The position numbers were made by a program, and so were the translations under genes. A DNA stretch of 63,965 nt, the filler included, from Globobulimina sp. (Eukaryota): the NCBI GenBank assembly GCA_003354225.1. It is 57 parts of 57 records of this genome, joined end to end, with 100 filler letters (N's around TTAATTAATTAA, not from the genome) between each part and the next. Parts side by side here need not be neighbours in the genome. Positions count along the whole stretch, not along the records: positions 11,251 to 12,275 come from PIVH01025498.1; positions 12,376 to 13,400 come from PIVH01025499.1; positions 13,501 to 14,525 come from PIVH01025500.1; positions 14,626 to 15,650 come from PIVH01025501.1; positions 15,751 to 16,774 come from PIVH01025502.1; positions 16,875 to 17,898 come from PIVH01025503.1; positions 17,999 to 19,022 come from PIVH01025504.1; positions 19,123 to 20,146 come from PIVH01025505.1; 49 more parts are not named here. One strand, written 5' to 3'. Position 1 is the first letter of the stretch. The number at the start of each line of letters is the position of its first letter. Shown here piece after piece: positions 11,490 to 22,743 of this stretch. The notes beneath the pieces are model-generated. The model had not been told where the DNA came from. It did no database searches and worked only from the letters and a program-made list of their open reading frames with translations.

Positions 11490-12275
11490 ATGTCAACTGA
11501 AAACAGCCAAACCAGAGAACATTTCGTTCAAAAAACCCAAACCCAACAATCAAACGCTGGCTCTGTAATTGAGCGACGAAGGCGTATACGTCGCGAACGA
11601 GCGCGAAATAACCCTATGAATGATTTTGAAGACAGTAAATGTGCTCGATGCATCACCAAAATATTGTGTAAAATTCCTTGTGTCATCGTATGTTTTTTGG
11701 TCGGTGGCGACACATATTTATTATATGGCTATTCTCGGTTAGTTTTAAATGACGAAATCGGTTGTATATTGACCATATTTGCAACTACAATCTATACCAT
11801 TTGCATATCATTATTACTAATCTCATATTTTCGCTGTATGTTAACAAGCTGTGCTGTTGAAGACAATCCGCCACCGCCAGATTTTGATGTTGATACATGT
11901 CCAAAATGCGACAAATGCGGCAATTGGAAGCCACCACGCACTCATCATTGCTCCTTATGTGGTACCTGCACATTAAAGGTACGGTGTATATATATTTCTA
12001 TTCATAATAATAAAATAAATGATGTGTTATATACTTAGATGGACCATCACTGTTTGCATCTTTTTATATTTCTGTTTACATTGTATATAATATCTGTGTC
12101 TGTGATAAAGGTCCGTGGGTTGGAAACTGTGTTGGCCTCAATAATTATAAATTTTTCTTGGTTTTTTTATTTTGGGTATCAATCTCCGCCGCAATCTATG
12201 CCATAATAACTGCAATAGCAATGTTCAAAAGTTATAAATCATTCGGCTCAATGATTGGAGCATGGACTATGCTGT
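11490..12275 (+). CDS. DHHC palmitoyl acyltransferase, 3'-partial; introns 11979-12038 and 12052-12110
   Basis: CDKCGNWKPPRTHHCSLCGTCTLK|MDHH-C|PWVGNCVGLNNYKFF reconstructed across two GT-AG introns. Confidence 0.95.
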
Positions 12276-12375
12276 NNNNNNNNNNNNNNNNNNNNNNNNN
12301 NNNNNNNNNNNNNNNNNNNTTAATTAATTAANNNNNNNNNNNNNNNNNNNNNNNNNNNNNNNNNNNNNNNNNNNN

Positions 12376-12892
12376 CCCATTATATATTGAGGATACATTT
12401 AATATGTTCAGATTTAGTAAAAAAACATTAAATATAAATTTGAATTCACTTTCTTTATATCCCTCAGTTTTACAAGATTTGATTGTGGAGTCATCAGAGT
12501 CTGTGTATGATAAAAATAATATGTCATACAAAGAGATTATTGGTGGCACAAATTTATTGAAGAGTAGTTTGATAAATTTATTTCCAAATTTGGATCATAT
12601 TGTTATTCAATGTACAAGTGGTGCTGGATCTTATTCATTTCAATTTTCATTATGTGGTTTATTGGATATTTTAAGTGAAACAAGAAAAAGAAATAAAATA
12701 AAATGTTCATTATATGGCGTATGGAAGGATTATAGAAAAGGGAGTGGAGATAGACGAAGTTGGTTATTTTATGTATATTCATCAATCTCATCATCATTAA
12801 ATATCAAATATCCAAAAATAAAAATATCAATACAACAAACAAATGATTCTCGTGGTTATAGAAATGATTTATTAATTTTTGACTGTGTTTGA
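12376..12892 (+). CDS. Hypothetical protein C-terminus
   Basis: Open frame >160 aa; LFPNLDHIVI resembles LFANLKEVIV in the 42800 ORF. Confidence 0.5.
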
Positions 12893-13109
12893 TTGTTATT
12901 ACTTTTTCCTTTTTGTTCGGAAATTTTCATCAAATTCTAATTGACTTTTTTTTGTGAATTTCAAATGACGGTTTGAAGCACGAAAAACAATAAATATAAT
13001 TATAAAGATAAGCAACTAATATTGATTGATTTGCTAAACTAAACTGGAACAACATTGTCTTTATTCAACTTAACAAAAATTGTCAATGGAAACAACAAAA
13101 ATTGTCAGA

Positions 13110-13400
13110 TTAATGTTTGATTTTTTTATACAGAAAACAATACTGATTTGTTTTATTTTTATTTGTCATATAAATTTGAATTTGATTCACCGAAATACGT
13201 TCCAAATCTTTAAATGCATCAAATATTTGTAAATATTTTTTGTAATTCCTATAAAATGTCGGATTATTTGTCCGTGCAATATCCCCCGATGCCCCGCCTT
13301 CGCACGACTCGCGAAAGAAAATATAGCCACCACAACTACACCAATTATAAAATTTTATTGCCAATTTATATATTTCCTCATCATCTAAATACATCATCAA
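13110..13400 (-). CDS. Phosphoethanolamine N-methyltransferase-like domain, 5'-partial
   Basis: MMYLDDEE..W...GGYIFFRESC...GD..R..NPTFYR matches the plant PEAMT N-terminal / nematode PMT-1 domain. Confidence 0.85.
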   Translation of the reverse strand: MMMYLDDEEIYKLAIKFYNWCSCGGYIFFRESCEGGASGDIARTNNPTFYRNYKKYLQIFDAFKDLERISVNQIQIYMTNKNKTNQYCFLYKKIKH

Positions 13401-13552
13401 NNNNNNNNNNNNNNNNNNNNNNNNNNNNNNNNNNNNNNNNNNNNTTAATTAATTAANNNNNNNNNNNNNNNNNNNNNNNNNNNNNNNNNNNNNNNNNNNN
13501 TAGGCTAACTCGTATGATTTTTTTGTGGTGATGAAAGATGGCCGATGTATGC

Positions 13553-13750
13553 TCATATATATATGATCAAAATTTCTATGTACAGATATATGTAGTCGTG
13601 TGATCATATATAGATATGACCAAATATTTTTTTTTTGCTATGATCAATATGACCATGATATGACCAATATGATCATGATATATGATCATAATATGATCAA
13701 ACACATATTTTGCGTAAAAAAAATAGGACATATTTTGATCATATCATAGT
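13553..13750. repeat. Degenerate ATATGATCA/ATATGACCA minisatellite-like array
   Basis: Many copies of ATATGA(T/C)CA in both orientations. Confidence 0.65.
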
Positions 13751-14035
13751 CTAATTCACAGTGTAAAAAAGTAATTTACGTCCCAAATATTGGATATGTT
13801 GGACGTCCCAATTACTAGGTTTATGGGACGTCTTATTGAGAAATCATAAATCAACACAAAAATGTATAATATAACATAATATAATTAAAGTTTGTTTGTA
13901 GATGCCGACTAGATGATAATCAGAAACACGCAGTTTGTCCTAAGGACAAGAATCAAAAATAAAAAAAACACAAAACACAAAAAAAAAATCATTTACATCG
14001 GAACTCTCTAAAAAATCAGCGCTCCCGTACCTGTA

Positions 14036-14525
14036 TTAAGGTTTCATAGCAGAGACAAGAATATATCTGTCAAATTTTGTTCCGTGTTGAAACAAGAAAT
14101 CAAACGTCTCCTTAAATTCTGCAGCTTTCGTGTTTGAAATATCCACCTGTTTCGATTTTTGGTAGAAATGCTGAAACCATGGTTGTATGACACGGTGTGA
14201 CACATCTGTAATCGTAATGTCTTCAAATCCTGCGTTTGATATTAGATCTTCATAACGTTTGACATTCATTGGCACGACACCAAACAAGCGTTCTAGCAGC
14301 GTTCCTGCTAAGAAATCGGCAACAACAATGCGTCCACCAGTCTGAAGCGCACGGAATGCTTCGTGATAAAATTTAGACCGATCCATATGGAAAACACATT
14401 CAAGTGCAATTATATGTGTAAATGTATTGTCCAACCTCCTGTCTATCGATGTTGCATCCATAAGCATGAATTCGACATTGGAAAGTCTGGTGTCTTTGAG
14501 TGCTGTTTTTGCTTCGCTAATGTGG
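14036..14525 (-). CDS. Class I SAM-dependent methyltransferase, 5'-partial
   Basis: DAT..FTHIIALECVFHM..FYHEAFRALQTGGRIVVADF, AGFEDITITDVS. Confidence 0.85.
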
Positions 14526-14626
14526 NNNNNNNNNNNNNNNNNNNNNNNNNNNNNNNNNNNNNNNNNNNNTTAATTAATTAANNNNNNNNNNNNNNNNNNN
14601 NNNNNNNNNNNNNNNNNNNNNNNNNG

Positions 14627-15640
14627 GATGATCCCACTGACCCAAAATGGACACAAAGCGATGCTTTAGGAAGAATGCAACCCAGTACGGGCTTGATTAA
14701 ATGTTGGGATATGGTCATGATGATCAAATCCAACATTTTAAACGTTTTTGAGGCCAAATTATCTGAATATTTACAGGATACGTTGGATTATCCCACATTA
14801 AATTTAGTCGACACATTATTGAAGACATTAAAAGGTTCGCCAGCTCATCCAAACCCTGAGGGTACGGATGAATTTATTGAGGTAGCATCATTTGTGGCGA
14901 GGTTAGCAGTGAAAGCCTGGAATCGCTGGCTAACGACTGGCGAACGCAAAGTCACCATCAACAACACTCCGAATTTAGAGATATTCACAGGCGCTGATTT
15001 TGGCCTTCAAAAAGCCAAAGTCCAATACAAAATCAACACGTTCGACATCGACTGGCAAGGCTTAGGAGATTGGATAGCAAATTTAACGCATTCAGTGAAT
15101 GCGTCTGACACTTTCGATGCATACAAGGAAGCCATTCTCAATCCGAACAAATTAATTGCTGACATGAGAGAAGATGACACATCATCCCCTTCAACAAAAG
15201 ATGATGCACCGGCTCCAATATCAACGGACGCGCACAAACCAGAGGAAAAGACGGCAGATGACAATGGTGTTGACATTGAACGTTGGCAAAAAGAGTTAGC
15301 AGCGTTAGGTGGTATGGAAGAGAAGGAAGACACAGACAATGCACGTCTTACCATCCTTCAAAAGCTAAATAAAAAGAAACAAAGGATGGAGTTACAGAGA
15401 AAAATCAAAGAGAAACGAGATTTAGACAAAAGAAACAATGTCGATCAAGCAGCAGAAAGCCACACAACGACAATGGTTGACAACGTTGGTGAGATTGAGA
15501 AGGCAGTCAGAAATGCAGTGAATTCTTCCAACCGAGCTGCGTTAGCACGGGTTTGGATTTTTTCCATCCTGGCATTGAGGACAAGACTGATCAACTTTAT
15601 TCAGAAGAAATTGTCAAGAAATACAGTGGAGGGAAGGTAA
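14627..15640 (+). CDS. Orphan multicopy protein (copy A), 5'-partial, C-terminal coiled coil
   Basis: First 55 aa share 34 identities with the end of ORF 21931. Confidence 0.75.
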   Translation, partial: DDPTDPKWTQSDALGRMQPSTGLIKCWDMVMMIKSNILNVFEAKLSEYLQDTLDYPTLNLVDTLLKTLKGSPAHPNPEGTDEFIEVASFVARLAVKAWNRWLTTGERKVTINNTPNLEIFTGADFGLQKAKVQYKINTFDIDWQGLGDWIANLTHSVNASDTFDAYKEAILNPNKLIADMREDDTSSPSTKDDAPAPISTDAHKPEEKTADDNGVDIERWQKELAALGGMEEKEDTDNARLTILQKLNKKKQRMELQRKIKEKRDLDKRNNVDQAAESHTTTMVDNVGEIEKAVRNAVNSSNRAALARVWIFSILALRTRLINFIQKKLSRNTVEGR

Positions 15641-15792
15641 TGGAAAAATANNNNNNNNNNNNNNNNNNNNNNNNNNNNNNNNNNNNNNNNNNNNTTAATT
15701 AATTAANNNNNNNNNNNNNNNNNNNNNNNNNNNNNNNNNNNNNNNNNNNNTCCAGTATATAAATATATTAGTAACTAATATATATATATTAT

Positions 15793-15830
15793 TACTAATA
15801 TGCGTACCTCTTATCGGGAACACTACTGTA
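15793..15830 (-). mobile_element. Putative Tc1/mariner/pogo-type terminal repeat (copy 1)
   Basis: Reverse complement is identical over 38 bp to 45881-45918 and begins TA|CAGT. Confidence 0.7.
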
Positions 15831-16031
15831 ACGTATTCTCACTCACACTCAAATGAGCAAAAGGTGACAATGTTTAATAAAAACAAATGTATATACATAT
15901 ATTCTACAAAAACGTATATTTTAAAATTGAGGATCTTGAAACAAAAAAAAAATTAACTAATTGAATCCCTTCAATCAAAAAAAATGAAATAATAAACTAA
16001 CGTTTGGTTTTTTAATGAATAAAATTATAAC

Positions 16032-16367
16032 TTATACTGATTCGCTATCTGACTCATCTGAGTCAAATTCAACATCTTCTGTTACCGCCATATCTTCCAT
16101 TTCAACCTCATTCTGATTCGAGATCTGAGTCAGACTCAATGCGTGGGCCAAATTTTGTTCATTATCATTCTAATCGAATAAACCGCCATACGTACTGTTA
16201 CTATCAGATGTATATAAATCCTTGCGATGAAAATCAACAACGGCCACAATATCCTCCTCATCTGAATCTGTATCATAATGTACCGATATTGCCTTATCAT
16301 GTTTATGTTCATCACTGTTATTATTCAATGAATACCATACAAATATGGAGAATATAATATATTTCAT
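16032..16367 (-). pseudogene. Acidic ORF with in-frame TAG at 16170-16172
   Basis: ..GGLFD*NDNEQNLAHALS..DSDESDSESV*; same Asp/Glu-rich composition on both sides of the stop. Confidence 0.4.
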
Positions 16368-16874
16368 TCTTTGTTTAAATCTAAATAAAACATCATTTTT
16401 CCAATTTAGCTGTTTTTATTTTATAAAATGTCGCAGATGTAAAATATATCAACAATATAAATGGAAATACGATTAAAAATGACAATATTACATAGGCTGT
16501 GCCGTAGTCGGATTGCATAGATAACAAATTCTGTGTTGCAATTGCAACAATCAGACAACTATAGAGTTACTATACGGACTTTAGGAGTAAAGGCTGGTTT
16601 AGGACTTTAGAGTCTTTAGTAAAGGTTTTTAAGTGAATAATAACTCAAGGTTTAAATAGGAAACAATAAGAAGAAGGAGTCAATAGGGTAATAGTATTTT
16701 ATCCAAATTCAGTAATATCGAGACGGGAACGTGTTTCCGAAAACAAAGTTTTTAACGTCGAGGGGGGCGCGCCCNNNNNNNNNNNNNNNNNNNNNNNNNN
16801 NNNNNNNNNNNNNNNNNNTTAATTAATTAANNNNNNNNNNNNNNNNNNNNNNNNNNNNNNNNNNNNNNNNNNNN

Positions 16875-17053
16875 CTAATAAATAACCCTAATTTACGCAA
16901 TAATTGTTGAAATAATTTCTCATTGAAAAATGAAAATGGTTGCATTTGTTTTACTATTTTTATAATTTGCATGGTTAAGTTGTGTGGTTCATCTTCATTA
17001 GTACCAGTGTTCTGTGACTGATTACCCTGACCCTGAGAGTTGGTATTACCCAT
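16875..17053 (-). CDS. Hypothetical protein N-terminus with a myristoylation-like start, 3'-partial
   Basis: MGNTNSQG.. Confidence 0.4.
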
Positions 17054-17266
17054 ATTTCAAGATATAGTGAGGTTTTCGGGTGTAATATTTTTTGAAGTAC
17101 GAAAAATTTTGGGATCAGATTAAGGTACAAACTGCTATAAAAAAAAAGTATAAGGTATACAAAAAGTAAAGTATAAGGGATAAAGTACACACATACGATA
17201 CGGCAAGGAATCAACACAAATATACGAAAAATATTTTGAATCACGCATCCAACTTAAGTTCAATGT

Positions 17267-17898
17267 TTATTTCTTTGCAGAATATTTTGATATAAAATCA
17301 TTTAATACATTTTCAAATCCTGAGTTACGTTCAAATCGGGCATTTAACTTATTTATTTCATCTAAATATCCATTATTTTTACATGTATTATAATCCAAAA
17401 CATCTTCTTCCATCAAATATTGGATAAATCCGAAATTATTTTTTGAAACACAATGAGGAATAATTGTATTCACATCATAACCTAAAATATTTTTCATCAT
17501 TTCAACACAATTTAATTGAGCATCCTTCCAAAAAAAGGAACACTCCAAAATGATTACATCAGCACTCTTTTGGTTAAATTTATTCAACGAATCCTTAATC
17601 ATTTTATCCATTTCATTGCAATGTACTTTCATTTTGATACAAATCTTATTGAAAAATGTTAATGACTCATATTTAATATTTCTAACCACTTGAAATAACA
17701 AAGAACCCCAAAATAAACCGGGCTTCACTGAATCAAACAAATCTAACGCAATTTGAAATAAATGGACATCATTCAATTTAATTGAATGGATAACAAAATC
17801 ATTGATAGCCGATGGCCGAAACTTATTTCCAGTCTGAGGATAGATCTCTATACAAAATTCAACTAATTTCGCACATTCAAAAAGTCGACAGGCAATAA
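17267..17898 (-). CDS. Hypothetical protein C-terminus, degenerate ankyrin-like helices
   Basis: 169+ aa ORF; HCVSKNNFGFIQYLME. Confidence 0.45.
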
Positions 17899-17998
17899 NN
17901 NNNNNNNNNNNNNNNNNNNNNNNNNNNNNNNNNNNNNNNNNNTTAATTAATTAANNNNNNNNNNNNNNNNNNNNNNNNNNNNNNNNNNNNNNNNNNNN

Positions 17999-18761
17999 TG
18001 CGCGCTTCGAGAAGTTGAACGATAATCGAGCGGCTTGGGCCGATGTAGGCGCATTTATGTATGGTCCGATATTGTTGGCCGGCCTCACAAACACAATGTA
18101 TTTCAACTTCAATGCGGCCAACATCGAGAAAATGATCACTCCGCCAACCAGCGGCAACCAGTTCACACTCACCGGCACCAGCGGCAGTATCAAGGCCATC
18201 CCCCACATGGACGTCATCAACGAAGCGTACACTATTTACTTTAAAAATGGCGCCGCCAATATCTTGCCGTATAATCCCAGCGGATCTACCATCAAAGTAA
18301 CGGGTGCCTACGATATGGTGTTTACCGGCGGTGCGGGCATTTTGGCCAATCCATTGGAGGCCATTCGTTCTGGCGATCCGGGGCAGAAAAATAATGGCAC
18401 GGTGGAGACATTTATCTCCAATGCACAGCACGGAGTGCAAGCGGTTGAGTTGGATTATCAGTATATCTCTGGATATGGATCGAATGGACAAGGGACTGGA
18501 GCCCAGTTTGCCTTATATTTGACCACTAATCCGTATGTGGCAGGGACGCAACATTTGATTTATTCCAGTCCGCATTTTACGGATTATTCGTATGATCAAT
18601 GTAGTACTTGTTATTCGCCCGTAGTTAAATTCAGAACCACTGGTAACTTAAATGTGGATGTGTCGAGAAATATGTATGTCTTTCAATTTGTATTTACGGA
18701 TAATGACAGAAATGTGCAATTGTTATTATCTTCGTTCAAGATTACGGTGTTTTGGACATAA
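17999..18761 (+). CDS. Glycoside hydrolase GH127/GH146-like (beta-L-arabinofuranosidase) C-terminal part plus extra beta-rich domain
   Basis: RFEKLNDNR..AFMYGPILLAG motif typical of the family C-terminus; AT-rich 3' UTR. Confidence 0.6.
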
Positions 18762-19122
18762 ACTTTTTCTTTCTTTTTGTATTATTGTATATACCGATTT
18801 TTTTTTATTATACTAAGTATCAATTTTAAATTTAATACATATTTGGCTTAATTGCTATTTGAATTTGTTTTTAACAACGTACATGACTGCCATTCTAACC
18901 ATTTCAATTTACTGCGATAATGGACATAGCACTGTCAAGACTCTCTATCTGGTCCGTGCCAGACTTTGACAAACAGCATATTTTTGGAATATAGTAACAA
19001 GCGTTCAGAGGTTTTAGGTTTGNNNNNNNNNNNNNNNNNNNNNNNNNNNNNNNNNNNNNNNNNNNNTTAATTAATTAANNNNNNNNNNNNNNNNNNNNNN
19101 NNNNNNNNNNNNNNNNNNNNNN

Positions 19123-19263
19123 GATGATAAAGAAGTTAATCTCCCGGAAATGAAATCCGGAGATACAGTCAAGTGTGTTGACCTCATTGCCAAGGATCAT
19201 GAAACGCAGCCACCAGCCAGATATACGGAAGCATCCTTAGTGAAAAAACTGGAAGTTGAGGGT
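19123..19263 (+). CDS. topA: Bacterial DNA topoisomerase I internal fragment (chimeric junction ~19263)
   Basis: LPEMKSGD..HETQPPARYTEASLVKKLE..G; the expected IGRPST is replaced by unrelated DNA. Confidence 0.85.
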
Positions 19264-19529
19264 GATATTGATACTTTACTAGGTTTGACCCTAATAAATA
19301 CCCTAATTACCCCAATGATCCTAACAATCTTAATTCGTTGAGTGATAATCTAGTACGATTTGTCCACCAATCTAAAAGTGGAATATTTTGGATTGGACCA
19401 GTTTTATCAAAGGTTGGTTTATGCGCAAATTGTTGGCTGCGATATAACCGCAAAAAAGGTATTTTTGACTTAACCGTTTTTGGAAACGATTACTGTTTCA
19501 ACAAAAGGCTTAATTTTTTTTTCCCATAG

Positions 19530-20146
19530 GATCCAAAACGTTTTGTTGAAGAATTTGATCTGTCGCAGCAAGTGAAAGATGTCAATGATCGCAATGAAGT
19601 GCAAATGGCGATAACTAACATTGTTAAAGAAACAGCAGCAAAAAATATTAAAGTTAATGAGGAAATTGTAGAGTTTTACCAATTTAAGAAATTAGATTTA
19701 TGTTCGTGTATTCCTGAACGAGATCAATTATTATATGAAAAGTATCACGTTGCAAAATATGCATTTGAATCCATGGTAAATGTCATGAATGACGATGATA
19801 GTTTGCAGTCTATCCATGTTTCATTGACACCAATTCGACAGATGTTGTATAAGCGATATTTGATGGACGCTGAGAAGAAAATTGATTGTATCACTGAATA
19901 TAAATTGATGTACAACCATAATACGCTACAAATGGAAATGAGTGAACAGGAAATAAAATTACAGCATTTATTGATGGTTGAGTCGTTACCGCATTTTAAG
20001 TGGAATTGTGAGGAGAAATGGTCGCATGAGACAACAATTGATTTGTTTCAATTTGTGATTGGTATTTTCAATAAGTTGTCATTGTTGAAAGGATATGAAA
20101 AGAAAGGAGATGCAATGGTATTGCAAGTAAAATGGAGGACCATATA
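19530..20146 (+). CDS. Eukaryotic hypothetical protein exon, partial
   Basis: Open frame after the ttttttttcccatag acceptor; no motif. Confidence 0.5.
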
Positions 20147-20246
20147 NNNNNNNNNNNNNNNNNNNNNNNNNNNNNNNNNNNNNNNNNNNNTTAATTAATT
20201 AANNNNNNNNNNNNNNNNNNNNNNNNNNNNNNNNNNNNNNNNNNNN

Positions 20247-21108
20247 AAATTAAAAACGTATTCCCTAATCTACAAACTTCTTTAAATTCCTCAATTGAAT
20301 CTATTCTTGACATGTTAGCAGAACCTAAATTACAAACATCTGAATCAAACATTGATGTGACTTCAGTGCATGCATTTCTTCCAACATCAGCCTCATTTTC
20401 ATAAAAATTAAAAGCATATCCTGGCTCAGATGTTGTACAAGCTTGTTTAATATTTTCATTAAACACATCATCATCAATTCCTTCTAACCATTTCGTATCA
20501 TAAGAGACAGAAATATTAGTCATATCTAAAGGAGCAGGATAATTAAAATCATTTGCTTTAGCGTCTTTAGTAATATTATCCCAATTTTTTATGTTTACAA
20601 ATTCATCAATATCTTTATGATTCCATGGAAGGGAGGCATATAATGCAGAACGTCTTGAACCACCTTGCTTAACATTTCTACCAATTTCATTCATAGCCAT
20701 CATTAAAGGAATTGGTCCAGATGCTTCACCACCTGTTTTTGCTATTGATCTTCCTTTTGGTCTAATTTTTCCATAATAAGTTCCGATGCCGCCACCGCAC
20801 ATTAGACCCATAAAATGTTTATATGCTAAATCTGCCCATCCTTCTCTTGTATCTTCTGCTATCATTGTGAAACAATTATTATAAAATTTAGCATCTCTTC
20901 CTGCATAATATAAATATCTACCACCAGGAATAAATTTCATTTCTTGTACAAATTTTGTTAATTTTGCCATGTCAACTTTAGTCATATATTTTGAACAAAC
21001 TCTTTTAATAAGCACTTCTGACAATTCGTTCCACGTTCCACATCCGCCTTCCCTATACATATACTTATGCTCAAACACATCTCTTCCAATTTTATTTCTG
21101 AATGTCAT
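20247..21108 (-). CDS. nrdJ: Ribonucleotide reductase catalytic subunit, compact phage-type, probably class II (NrdJ-like), 3'-partial
   Basis: FIPGGR..NNCF, GGGIG, ASGP, QGGSRRSA, NISV, EPG, NACTE, CNLGS; no ATP cone; AAGGA Shine-Dalgarno upstream. Confidence 0.85.
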
Positions 21109-21124
21109 TAGTTTCCTTTGTTTT

Positions 21125-21165
21125 AAAACAAAAATATCCCATTAAGGTGAATCCAAAATGGGATA
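21125..21165 (-). terminator. Intrinsic terminator-like hairpin just upstream of the RNR start
   Basis: Minus strand TATCCCATT..AATGGGATA followed by TTTTTGTTTT. Confidence 0.6.
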
Positions 21166-21930
21166 ATTATGTTGATATGTCCATTTTCCAAAATTATATG
21201 CCTCTTCATAATAATAAGGATGTGAATCTCAGTCTCCATATATTTACACTTTACTTTTCCCCTCAATGAANNNNNNNNNNNNNNNNNNNNNNNNNNNNNN
21301 NNNNNNNNNNNNNNTTAATTAATTAANNNNNNNNNNNNNNNNNNNNNNNNNNNNNNNNNNNNNNNNNNNNGCTATGCTGTTTTTGTTGTGTTGTGTTTTG
21401 TTTTTGAAGCAAAAAACCTTTTTTTTTATGGGAATCAAGACAATACGATGACACTCTTAATATCACGGTTCTCACCTCATAGACCACAAATGTTCAGAAA
21501 TATTGCATAATATCACAGAGGAGAGTAAGTTAACCGGTCGTAACAAAAAAACGTGAACATCCTAACATGGACAATGGGACAAAAAAATAAAACCAGTGAT
21601 CCATTATCAATCCAATCCACATCCACAATATTGGGACTTGTTATTTTATCAATGATTCCAATTTCATATTTAGAGAATGAAATTGTTGATATTATAAGAA
21701 AGAAAAGGAATAAATATAATATTTCCCAGCATGCGAGAAACAAAATGTTTTAAACGTGGAACAAAGGTTTTATGTGAAAGATTGATTGATTGTAATTTAT
21801 TTAATTTTACATTTTATTTCCTTTAAGTTTTTTAGAATTCGTTAAAAGTTTTTTGTTTTTAATACAAAACAAGTAGTAAGTCAACAGAAAGTCGTGAAAC
21901 ACAGAAACGTTTCCCTCGTATTCCTATAAG

Positions 21931-22394
21931 ATGTCGCTTAACATCAATATTGGCAATGCTCTCCGCAACACCAATATGAAAAGAATTATTGCGAATAACA
22001 TAGTATCATTAATTCGATTACCAAGCGCCACGGCTCAGGCTGAGCCAGATGCGTCTATTCACAATGCATTACTTGAGTTTTATGATGATCTTGAATTATC
22101 AATAAAATTCAATCATTTTGCCAAAACGGTGGATGGCATAGAAATATCTGCCTATAAAATTGTGAAAGGAGGACACGTCACAGATTACGAAACATTAAGA
22201 AAATGCGTGCAAGGCACATTATTGATCACCGATCCGGAGGATCCGCGCTGGTCTGAGACGGATTCGAATGGTCGGATTCAGCCAAGTATGGGAAAAATCA
22301 AATGTTGGGATTTGATTAAAATGGTTAAGGCAAATATTCTTAATGTATTTGATGCCAAATTGGCAGTATATTTAGAAGAGACTTTAGATTATCC
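21931..22394 (+). CDS. Orphan multicopy protein (copy B), N-terminal part
   Basis: DPEDPRW..GRIQPSMGKIKCWD..NILNVFDAKL..TLDY homologous to the 14627 ORF. Confidence 0.75.
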
Positions 22395-22494
22395 NNNNNN
22401 NNNNNNNNNNNNNNNNNNNNNNNNNNNNNNNNNNNNNNTTAATTAATTAANNNNNNNNNNNNNNNNNNNNNNNNNNNNNNNNNNNNNNNNNNNN

Positions 22495-22630
22495 CAACAG
22501 GATTTTGCTCATTTGATGTTGAAGGAGATCCCCCGCCAAAAGTCCATTCCCAGCCAGTTGGGTTTCCTGTAGATTGATCAGTAAAACTTACGGATTGTCC
22601 CAGTTGAATGGCTGTCATGTTCGCTGAAAA
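22495..22630 (-). CDS. Prokaryotic PKD-domain fragment (not in ORF track)
   Basis: Manual translation FSANMTAIQLGQSVSFTDQSTGNPTGWEWTFGGGSPSTSNEQNPV. Confidence 0.8.
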
Positions 22631-22743
22631 AAAAACACTCTGTCGGTTTCAGAAATGTGAAAAACCTAATCACAATGCATCTGGTTGCAATTTGATTTCA
22701 AACGTACTTATATTTAACTATACAAAGGAAATAAACTAGTAAC

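Noticed and set aside
4575-16172. Genome-wide stop-codon reassignment (UAR = Gln)
   Set aside because: TAA correctly terminates Rab5 (after CQLL), the CDK and the phosphatase, and long conserved ORFs lack internal UAR codons.
19123-19341. Horizontally transferred topA in the eukaryote
   Set aside because: Only ~47 codons, cut mid-motif; chimera is the simpler explanation.
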